From contig OY820905.2 in NCBI GenBank assembly GCA_963555755.3, forward strand, positions 1,632,001-1,696,000: a stretch of DNA of 64,000 bases, read 5' to 3'. Position 1 is the first letter of the stretch. Each line of letters begins with the position of its first letter. The DNA is from Nitrospirales bacterium. GTDB taxonomy: Bacteria > Nitrospirota > Nitrospiria > Nitrospirales > UBA8639. Of the stretch, positions 53,226 to 60,777 are shown one piece after another. The notes below the pieces were generated by a model. It did not search any database and was not told the DNA's origin. It saw only the letters and a list, made by a program, of their open reading frames with translations. Both the position numbers and the translations under genes were made by a program.

Positions 53226-54641
53226 ATGAATGCCATGAATCAATACCAATCTTGGGGCCAGTACCCTCAAAGCTCTCCTCATTCCATACAACCGGTTTTT
53301 TGGCAAAACGACCCCATTGATTTTGATTCCCCTAACCAAACCTATCTCCCCTATGCCTATGGGCGAAGCTATGGGGACAGTTGCTTAAACAATGAAGGAA
53401 CTCTTTTGGATGTTAGCTCACTGAAACGGATGTTGAGTTTCAGCGAAGACACTGGGGTGTTTCGCTGTGAAGCAGGTGTCACATTTTCCGACATTCTTCA
53501 GGTCGTTGTTCCCAAAGGATGGTTTCTACCGGTCACTCCAGGCACACAGCATATTTCAGTTGGAGGAGCCATTGCGAATGATGTCCATGGGAAAAATCAC
53601 CATCGCGCCGGCACTTTTGGAATCCATGTCCGAGAATTTGAACTATTACGCTCCACAGGGGAGCGTTTCATATGTTCCAAGAATCACAATGCAGGATTCT
53701 TTTCTGCAACGATAGGAGGCCTCGGACTCACCGGCGTGATCCTGTGGGCAGAATTTCAACTGATCCCAATTTGGGGACCATGGATTGAGACGGAACGAAC
53801 CCGCTTCCATCACCTATCCGAATTCTTTTCTCTTTCCGCCCAGGCAGACCAGCATTCCGAATATACCGTGGCGTGGATTGATTGTTTTGCGGGCAAGAAA
53901 AGCCAAGGCCGAGGAATTTTTATCACTGGGAATCACCAACACAAAGACACATCGACACCCTCCTCGATCACACCACGGCGAACGGTTTCGGTACCATTCA
54001 AGGCCCCTTCTTTTCTATTAAATCGACATTCCCTACGCTTATGTAATACCCTTTATTTCCATCTCTCCTTTCGCTCACCAACGGGAAGTATTGAACCTTT
54101 TGACACGTTCTTTTACCCCCTGGATCGCCTACTTCACTGGAATCGCCTGTATGGCTCGCGCGGTTTCCTTCAATACCAATGCGTCGTTCCTCCACCCAAC
54201 CAGAAAGCTGGCATCGCTGAGTTGCTTGACCACATTCGCCGATCCAGGCAGGGATCTTTTTTGGCGGTCCTCAAGCAATTTGGCTCAATGTCTTCTCCCG
54301 GGCTTTTGTCCTTTCCACGGGAAGGCACCACCTTGGCTTTGGATTTCCCAAATAGGGGCGAAGACACGCTCAATCTGTTACGTATACTTGACGATATTGT
54401 GTGTGAATGCAGCGGTGCGGTGTATCCAGCAAAAGACGCAAGAATGTCGGCTCAGCACTTTCGTTCGTATTTCCCGAATTGGGAGGTGTTTGCCCCATTG
54501 ATAGACCCCAAGTTTTCTTCCAGTTTTTGGCGACGAGTGGCAGACTCAGACCTTCCCTCAGAAGCTCCCAGCATCCCCCCTACTCACGGTTCATTGCAAA
54601 CGCCACAACACGATGAACTATCCATGGGGATTTCATCTTAG
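53226..54641 (+). CDS. DprE1-like FAD oxidoreductase
   Basis: GRSYGD, PVTPGT, GGAIANDVHGKNHH, YG..GF.QYQ, LAVLK, TLALDF, YPAKD motifs. Confidence 0.88.
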   Translation: MNAMNQYQSWGQYPQSSPHSIQPVFWQNDPIDFDSPNQTYLPYAYGRSYGDSCLNNEGTLLDVSSLKRMLSFSEDTGVFRCEAGVTFSDILQVVVPKGWFLPVTPGTQHISVGGAIANDVHGKNHHRAGTFGIHVREFELLRSTGERFICSKNHNAGFFSATIGGLGLTGVILWAEFQLIPIWGPWIETERTRFHHLSEFFSLSAQADQHSEYTVAWIDCFAGKKSQGRGIFITGNHQHKDTSTPSSITPRRTVSVPFKAPSFLLNRHSLRLCNTLYFHLSFRSPTGSIEPFDTFFYPLDRLLHWNRLYGSRGFLQYQCVVPPPNQKAGIAELLDHIRRSRQGSFLAVLKQFGSMSSPGLLSFPREGTTLALDFPNRGEDTLNLLRILDDIVCECSGAVYPAKDARMSAQHFRSYFPNWEVFAPLIDPKFSSSFWRRVADSDLPSEAPSIPPTHGSLQTPQHDELSMGISS

Positions 54642-54654
54642 AGAGTTTGTATCC

Positions 54655-55389
54655 ATGAACATACTGATATTAGGTGCGACATCAGCCATTGCACAAGAGA
54701 CAGCAAAATATTGGGCACAAGAAGGGGCCAATCTTTTCCTGGTTGCTCGAGACAAGGAAAAACTTGCAGCGGTGGCATCGGATCTACAAGTTCGTGGGGC
54801 ATCACAAGTTGTAGAATACCCACTCGATCTTGGTCACATCGATGTGCATCAACAACTCATCCAAGTGGCCATCCACAACCTTGGAGACTTGGATGTCGCT
54901 TTCGTGGCCTACGGAACTTTGAGTGACCAAGCAACCTGTACACAAAGTGTTACTGAAACACTCAAAGAGTTTACCGTGAACTGCACTAGCGTCATTTCTC
55001 TCTTAACCTTACTGGCCAACCATTTTGAACAACAGAAAAAAGGATGTTTAGCCGTTATTACGTCTGTGGCTGGAGACCGTGGGAGGCAAAGTAATTACGT
55101 CTATGGTGCAGCTAAAGGTGCCGTGAGTATTTTTTTGCAGGGCCTACGCAATCGCCTGACCCCCTTCGGAGTCACCGTTCTCACGCTCAAACCCGGTTTT
55201 GTGGATACACCAATGACAGCCCATATCCCCAAAAATCCGCTTTTTGCAAACCCCAAATCCGTAGGGAAACGCATATACAAAGCCGTAAAAAACCAAGAAG
55301 ATGTAGTCTACATCCCAAGTTTTTGGCGTCCCATTATGACGATGATCACTCACATCCCAGAACGATTTTTTAAAAGACTTGAATTATGA
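54655..55389 (+). CDS. DprE2-like short-chain dehydrogenase
   Basis: GATSAIA, SVAGDRGRQSNYVYGAAK, KPGFVDTPMT motifs. Confidence 0.88.
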   Translation: MNILILGATSAIAQETAKYWAQEGANLFLVARDKEKLAAVASDLQVRGASQVVEYPLDLGHIDVHQQLIQVAIHNLGDLDVAFVAYGTLSDQATCTQSVTETLKEFTVNCTSVISLLTLLANHFEQQKKGCLAVITSVAGDRGRQSNYVYGAAKGAVSIFLQGLRNRLTPFGVTVLTLKPGFVDTPMTAHIPKNPLFANPKSVGKRIYKAVKNQEDVVYIPSFWRPIMTMITHIPERFFKRLEL

Positions 55390-55395
55390 TGACGA

Positions 55396-55724
55396 GAATA
55401 GGAAATTCAAAAAGCCTTTTTGACTGGATAGGAAAGTACCAAAGAACGCGGTGAGGGGTCAATCCGCAAACTTCGCCGTCTGAAAGGCGGGAGTTCATCC
55501 GGTGAGTCGGGGCTTCCTGGCCCTTGGGCCAAGGTTCATGTCAGTTCTAGAAAACCAAACGTAGCACGATCCCACTGTTAGGCTCTGGCTTAGTCGGCCT
55601 CATCGGCTACTGGATGAGGAAGATACACGCGTAAAATAAGTTATTAATAACGGAATCACGCAGACAAAGAGCCTCATCGCTTCGGCGGTGGGGCTTTCTC
55701 TCATTCAAACATCAATCCCCATCA
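55396..55724 (+). repeat. Module copy 1: conserved ~67-bp element + orphan PEP-CTERM tail + terminator (copy 2 at 59624-59852)
   Basis: GAATAGGAA..GCCTTTTTGACTGG..AGGAAAGTACCAAAGAA..GGGTCAAT; LLGSGLVGLIGYWMRKIHA*; AGCCTCATCG..CGGCGGTGGGGCTTTCTCTCATTCAAACA. Confidence 0.8.
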
Positions 55725-55949
55725 CTAAAATGTTCGTACTAGTTTAGATAGGACAAACGTGCTGGTTATCCTAATATGTTACTGGCATCCCATCATGACA
55801 GCAGGTGGGAAAATGGTAGAACCACAAACGGGATTCAGGTAAAGTTCTGCCTAGGTTTACTGTTAAGGAGATTGGAGAAGCGAGGGATTTTGCCGAAGGG
55901 GAAATGGAGGTGAACCTCATTATGAACGCGTCGAGGCGGGCTGGGGTCC

Positions 55950-56348
55950 GTGGTGGGGCGCGGGTGGGTAACCCCAGGTGAAGTTTATTATGAGTTTGTA
56001 GACGGCATATGGGTAAACCAGACTGATGGCTCACCGGTTCTACCGGACTCTGAATTATCAGAGCCTGCCGTCATGGCTGAACTAACCATTCAAAGAAATC
56101 GATATCGCAGATTACTTATTGCCGTAATAAACGGTTCCATTAGTGACGATGAGGCTTTTGATCTGATTGCAGATATTGGTATGCAAATCAGTATGATCTT
56201 TTTGAGCAACGCAAATGCATCTCCTCCTGTTTCGCTAATGCAAAACATTCAATCACTACACGATTATATAATGTCAATGATACGCCCCTCTCTTTTTATT
56301 GATGAAGGGCCTACAGGATACGATCATCCGGGAAAGCAGGACGCATGA
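55950..56348 (+). CDS. Hypothetical protein or fragment
   Basis: 132-aa ORF, lower GC, no motif recognised; start uncertain. Confidence 0.3.
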   Translation: MVGRGWVTPGEVYYEFVDGIWVNQTDGSPVLPDSELSEPAVMAELTIQRNRYRRLLIAVINGSISDDEAFDLIADIGMQISMIFLSNANASPPVSLMQNIQSLHDYIMSMIRPSLFIDEGPTGYDHPGKQDA

Positions 56349-56463
56349 GCATAGTAAGGGTAGAGTAGAGCACTGGTGCATACATGGAGCTGCTCTCGAA
56401 CGCTTCGACGCACGCGTCTACCACGGACCATAGCAGTCAGCACTTCCCAGCGCCCCCTCATCA

Positions 56464-58457
56464 GTAGGGTCGAGGACTGGCGCGCCAACGGTAGGGTTCG
56501 GTGGCTCCTCCACCCCTTTCGGAATGGGCCTCAGTCCGACTCCCCTGGTCACGGTTCCAGTCCCCGCCACCTCAAACCCGGCGTGCTGATTTCCAGCACC
56601 GGGCTTTCCTGGATGCTTCACCTCAAGGGTTATGTGACCTATCAGCCTGGAAGGACTTTCATGCCGACCCGTTGTACCGCACTCGGTAATCTCCATATAA
56701 GCCAAGTACCGTGTAGAGCCAAACCTTACTCCACCTCTTCCAGCCAAAACCTCGACGGTGGCGCACTCGCATCATGTGCCGCCGGACCTTCCGCTCCACC
56801 CAATCCTTCACGTAGGATAAACACCGACTCGCATGCCCAATCCGGAAGTAGTTCACCCAGCCCCGTACGATCGGATTGATCATGGCGATCATCCGTCCCA
56901 CCGGCTGGGATTGCCCGCGTCGGAACACTTCCTTGAGCTTCCGCAGCAACGCGGTGCGCCGCTTCACCTTCGGTATGTACTGCGGGCGCCACACTCCACG
57001 CCGCGACCGCACACGCCGAAAGTCAAAGCCCAGAAAGCCGAAGCTGCCTCCCTGACTCAGGTCCACGATTCGGCTCTTCTCCTCATTCACCTGAAGGTCT
57101 AATTGGGCCAACGCCTCTCGCAGCTTCCGCTCCGCAACCTGCGCCAGTTGTGCGTGGCGGCGATAGCCATCCACTAACACGACGAGGTCATCCGCAAACC
57201 GGACATACTCGAGATACGTATACTGGCCCTGCCGGGTTGTCTCCTTCAGCTGCTCCAGCCTCTCATCCACTTCCGTGAGATAGAGGTTGGCCAGCAGCGG
57301 GGAAATCACACCCCCTTGAGGCACCCCACGCGGGCCGGACGCCTTGACGATGAGTTTCACCAGCCGCAGGATCGCGGGATCCTGGATGCGTCGGGCCACC
57401 TTCGCCAGCAGCCGGTCATGCCGCACCGTGTCGAAGAAGGCCGCCAGATCCACATCAATCACTCGCGTCTTGTTCTGCACCATCGCCTGAGCCACCCGGC
57501 CAATCGCCTGGTGGGCTGTCCGTTTCGGTCGATACCCATACGACCCATCACGAAAATCCGCCTCAAAGATCGGTTCCAGCAGGAGCTTGAGCGCTCCCTG
57601 TACCACGCGGTCCCGAATCGCGGGTATCCCTAAGACGCGGACTCGTCCACCGCCTTTCGAAATCTCCACGTGCCGGTTCCGCATCGGTCGGTAGGTCTGC
57701 GTGACCAGTTCGTCCCGTAGTCGTGCAAGAAAGGGCTCCACCCCCGTGGCCTCGATGCCAGCAAACGTCACCCCATCAATGCCGGGGGCTCCGTTGTTTT
57801 TCTTGGCCATCGAATAGGCCGCGCGTAGCGTCGCCTCTTTGCACACGTGGACGTACAGGCCCCACACCCGCCATCGCTTCTCAGCCTTCGCCTTGACGTA
57901 GAGCCGCTGTCGCAGGTCTTGCAGTGTAATGGACGCCGTTGTCATCTCGTCCCTGCCTCCCATGTTGATCACAGCCTACAGCCAGTAGGGCTCCTTTGCT
58001 CCACAGGCATGACCCTGCTTCCTCGCTCCTACGAGCCCCTCCGCCACCCTCTCGTCTTCGGCTCACTTCCCAGAGAGCTGGTTATAGAGCCGATCTTCCT
58101 CCAGGGATTTCTCCCTGGGACGAGGAGGGCTTCTCCAGTTGCGTCGTCTGTCCTTGCTCCCGTGCTGTCGCTCTCACCCCGCCGGAGTGGCCAGGCGTCT
58201 CAGCCTTGGTTCGCCTGTCCATGCCGTCTTCGTCCTACGGACAGGGACTCGACCTCCGAGGTTTCATACTTTCGAGGCTACCTCTGCGTTCACTTGCGTT
58301 ACGGCCCGGGAACTCGCTCACCATCCTCTACGATGGCTTTGTCGATGGGCTTCAGCGTCTCGGTTTCTCTCCACGCTGCCATCCAAGCTACAGGGCTCAG
58401 GCTCTTACCCTGGTGGGCTTGCTTCCCACTGAACAGTCTCGCCTTACCTGGACACAC
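56464..58457 (-). mobile_element. Inner group II intron (1994 nt) inserted at the 3' end of the outer intron's domain V
   Basis: 5' GTGTG; DV GAAAGCCCGGTGCTGGAAATCAGCACGCCGGGTTT; 3' GACCCTAC. Confidence 0.9.
56659..57972 (-). CDS. ltrA: Group II intron reverse transcriptase/maturase (no endonuclease domain)
   Basis: GAPGIDG, R.LGIP..RDR..Q, GVPQGG.ISPLL.N, VRFADD, FLGF, domain X GWVNYF. Confidence 0.95.
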   Translation of the reverse strand: MINMGGRDEMTTASITLQDLRQRLYVKAKAEKRWRVWGLYVHVCKEATLRAAYSMAKKNNGAPGIDGVTFAGIEATGVEPFLARLRDELVTQTYRPMRNRHVEISKGGGRVRVLGIPAIRDRVVQGALKLLLEPIFEADFRDGSYGYRPKRTAHQAIGRVAQAMVQNKTRVIDVDLAAFFDTVRHDRLLAKVARRIQDPAILRLVKLIVKASGPRGVPQGGVISPLLANLYLTEVDERLEQLKETTRQGQYTYLEYVRFADDLVVLVDGYRRHAQLAQVAERKLREALAQLDLQVNEEKSRIVDLSQGGSFGFLGFDFRRVRSRRGVWRPQYIPKVKRRTALLRKLKEVFRRGQSQPVGRMIAMINPIVRGWVNYFRIGHASRCLSYVKDWVERKVRRHMMRVRHRRGFGWKRWSKVWLYTVLGLYGDYRVRYNGSA

Positions 58458-59172
58458 ATCCGTGCGTATGGTTTTCCCATACACGGCTTTCCGATGTTCT
58501 TCTTCCAGCGGCATGCGTCTGTCATCAGGCAATAGCCACATTCAGACTTGGCCTTCTGAGATAGTTTCCTCTGTAGTGTCCTGATCGTGCTCGGGGTGGT
58601 TAGCGCAATGGCAATCCCCTGATCCTCCACTCGTCGGAAACGTGAACAAAGTAGGGTCCCTTCCCTCGGGCCGGGTTGTGTTGTCCCAGGCTCTCCAACG
58701 GTACTATGAACCCCTCCGACTCCCACGACGGCCCGCAGCGATTTCGGTATCCCTTATACGCCTCAGTTGCTGGTTCTGCGCCAGCACCGTCGCGGGTCTC
58801 CCGTCCTGCACGGTGTCTCTTCCGCCACATGCCATCCCTGCTACCCCGGAAGATCCTGAGGGTGGGTGTTCGTTCTACTCCCTCAAACGGCGGCCTTCCC
58901 CTTCTGACCACAGGGTCGGCATCTCCAATTCGTTTACGAGGCTACATCTAGGTTCGCTTGCGCTACGGCCTGCGGCTTTGCCCATGGGAAACTTCAACCC
59001 CTGATTACTCAGACGCTGCTTCCTGGTGCTAGAAAGGTGTACGAACAACTCCTTTCGCGGGACTTCAACCCGCTAGACACACCGCCGATGACGGCATGCG
59101 GTCAAGTCGTCCTTTGGCGTACTTTCAATAATGCCGTTGGATGGCTTAACTCCTATTCCTTAATTGACATGT

Positions 59173-59364
59173 CTAGAATAAGCCGAAAAACTGACCGACG
59201 CCGGTAAGTGTGACTATGGGACCGGCAATCTTAAGAAACTTGCCATACTTTTTCCGCCACAACTCCATTTTCTCAGGATTCTTAGGCTTTTTTGGCAATA
59301 CCCCACTTGCCATTAGGTACATATAAATGCCGCCGAAAATCATTATTAGCGCGCTCCAATCCAT
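59173..59364 (-). CDS. Small 2-TM membrane protein
   Basis: 63 aa, two hydrophobic segments, G-rich RBS. Confidence 0.55.
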   Translation of the reverse strand: MDWSALIMIFGGIYMYLMASGVLPKKPKNPEKMELWRKKYGKFLKIAGPIVTLTGVGQFFGLF

Positions 59365-59566
59365 TAGTTGCCCCCCCTTTCTCTAGATCTGAAAACAATT
59401 TATAGGGCGGAGAGTAGAGGTCCGGCTACTACGGTCGCAGGGGCTCCCTGCGCAGCCCATCCGCACTCGCTGATGCCAGTCTTCGACTAACGGCTATTCC
59501 TCCCTTGGGTCGGCGCTCGTTTGTTTCGAATCCTCTCCCCTTGATCATTTCGGCGTGGGCCGAAAT

Positions 59567-59586
59567 TGGCGGAGAGTAGAGGATTC
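59567..59586 (-). other. tRNA(Ser)-like 3' end fragment (possible att relic); partial second copy at 59406-59420
   Basis: Minus strand GAATCCTCTACTCTCCGCCA followed by hairpin ATTTCGGC-N4-GCCGAAAT; no 5' half of a tRNA. Confidence 0.6.
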
Positions 59587-59623
59587 CTGAGACCTCAATT
59601 TCCCCAATTCATTTGATCATCAA

Positions 59624-59852
59624 GGAATAGGAATTTTAAACGGCCTTTTTGACTGGGCAGGAAAGTACCAAAGAATTTACTGAAGGGTCAATGACCAGGC
59701 TCTGATGTTACTGTCAACCGGCCTGGTTGGGCTGATTGGGTACAGGATGAAGAAGAAAGCGTAACCGAGTCGTCGAACAAGACGACCACACATATAAGCC
59801 TCATCGTTGCGGCGGTGGGGCTTTCTCTCATTCAAACACCAACCCCCATCAT
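59624..59852 (+). repeat. Module copy 2: conserved element + orphan PEP-CTERM tail + terminator
   Basis: LMLLSTGLVGLIGYRMKKKA* at about 59703-59764; flanks match 55396-55724. Confidence 0.8.
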
Positions 59853-59866
59853 ACTCACTTTTTTGC

Positions 59867-60232
59867 TTATTTAATTCCCAAAATCTCCAATTTTTCCCGC
59901 ATCACATCTTTGGAAAATGGCTTCAGCACATAATCATTAGCCCCGGCGGCCAGCGCTTTTATTATTTGTGAAGATTCGGATTCGGTCGTCACCATCATCA
60001 AGGTCAATGCTTGACACTCAGGATTGCCCCGAACTGCGCGAATAAATTCCAAACCACTCATCTCGGGCATATTCCAGTCCACGAAGGCAATGTCGGGGTT
60101 ACTCATGGTTTTCAGCTTTTCCAATCCTTCCTTGCCGTTACCCGCTTCTTCAACCATGCAGCCCAAGGATTGCAAAAATTGCTTCAAAATACTCCTCGTG
60201 GCCTTTGAATCATCAATCACCAACGCTTGCAT
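59867..60232 (-). CDS. cheY: CheY-like single-domain response regulator
   Basis: VIDDS, DWNMPEM.G, MVTTE, GANDYVLKPF motifs; AGGAGG RBS. Confidence 0.85.
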   Translation of the reverse strand: MQALVIDDSKATRSILKQFLQSLGCMVEEAGNGKEGLEKLKTMSNPDIAFVDWNMPEMSGLEFIRAVRGNPECQALTLMMVTTESESSQIIKALAAGANDYVLKPFSKDVMREKLEILGIK

Positions 60233-60580
60233 ATAATCCCTCCTTTGAAGATCCGGGAGAGGTGAAAAGTGAGAAGTAAGGGGTAACAATGGGAAATATC
60301 CAAACTCCTTGCTTCTCTCTTCACTCTTGCTTCTAACTCCTTATATTTCACTTCTCATTTTTTTATCTTCTCTTTTCCCCGTCAGGGGATTATACCAGAA
60401 ACTCACCCTCATATTGGCCTGAAAAAATGGAGAACCGGCCAAGGGCGCACCCCTTAATTGCCCCATGAACTCCAACACCATGCGGAAGCAGTTGGGGTCG
60501 ATTATTTTGGTTTCTACCTTTGACCAAGCAAGGTAGAATACGATCCTTGTTTTATTGGTTACTACTAAAACTGACTTGAA

Positions 60581-60760
60581 ATGGACCTACTAAAAGACTT
60601 CGCACCGTTTGGGTTCCAAATAGATCCCATTGTCGTGGTTGATGGCAGCGTGACTGTGACGGCCGTGGTCGCCCCCATCCCCGAACCCAGCACGATGTTG
60701 CTATTAGGGTCAGGCTTAGTTGGGTTGATTGGCTATCGGTGGAAGAAAGCACAGGTGTAA
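60581..60760 (+). CDS. 59-aa PEP-CTERM sorting-signal ORF or fragment (absent from the ORF track)
   Basis: MDLLKDFAPFGFQIDPIVVVDGSVTVTAVVAPIPEPSTMLLLGSGLVGLIGYRWKKAQV*; no signal peptide. Confidence 0.8.
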   Translation: MDLLKDFAPFGFQIDPIVVVDGSVTVTAVVAPIPEPSTMLLLGSGLVGLIGYRWKKAQV

Positions 60761-60777
60761 CCGAGTCGCCATACAGG

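Larger units (their letters stand above)
56360..59099 (-). ncRNA. Outer ORF-less group II intron (about 746 nt without the insert)
   Basis: DV GAAAGCCGTGTATGGGAAAACCATACGCACGGAT continues after the insert as TGATGAGGGGGCGCTGG...CCAGTGCTCTACTCTAC; EBS1 GGTCAG (58909-58904) pairs with exon TTGACC; RT N-terminal relic LTTPSTIRTLQRKLSQKAK. Confidence 0.85.

Noticed and set aside
55460..55545. c-di-GMP-I riboswitch (GCAAAC...GAAAGG...GGGA)
   Set aside because: Lacks the GACGCAAAGC junction and a proper P2, and no downstream gene; an Rfam search would be needed
56659..57972. RT as a DGR, retron or CRISPR-associated RT
   Set aside because: It has domain X and lies within clear group II 5' end, DV and DVI structures; no TR/VR pair, msr-msd or cas genes seen
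57847..59004. ORFs 57847-58584, 57996-58535, 58642-59004 and other antisense or shadow ORFs (e.g. 62419-63456)
   Set aside because: They overlap intron RNA or real genes on the opposite strand and show no protein motifs
59100..59150. Integron attC site as the outer intron target (ATCCAAC core)
   Set aside because: After removing the intron there is no matching GTTRRRY or palindrome, and no integrase is present
59406..59586. Intact tRNA gene
   Set aside because: Only a T-arm/acceptor 3' portion is recognisable; no D-arm or anticodon arm
60260..60372. Heptamer-like low-complexity purine/pyrimidine tract upstream of cheY, and the longer 140-aa start
   Set aside because: Too degenerate to assign a function; the RBS supports the ATG at 60232
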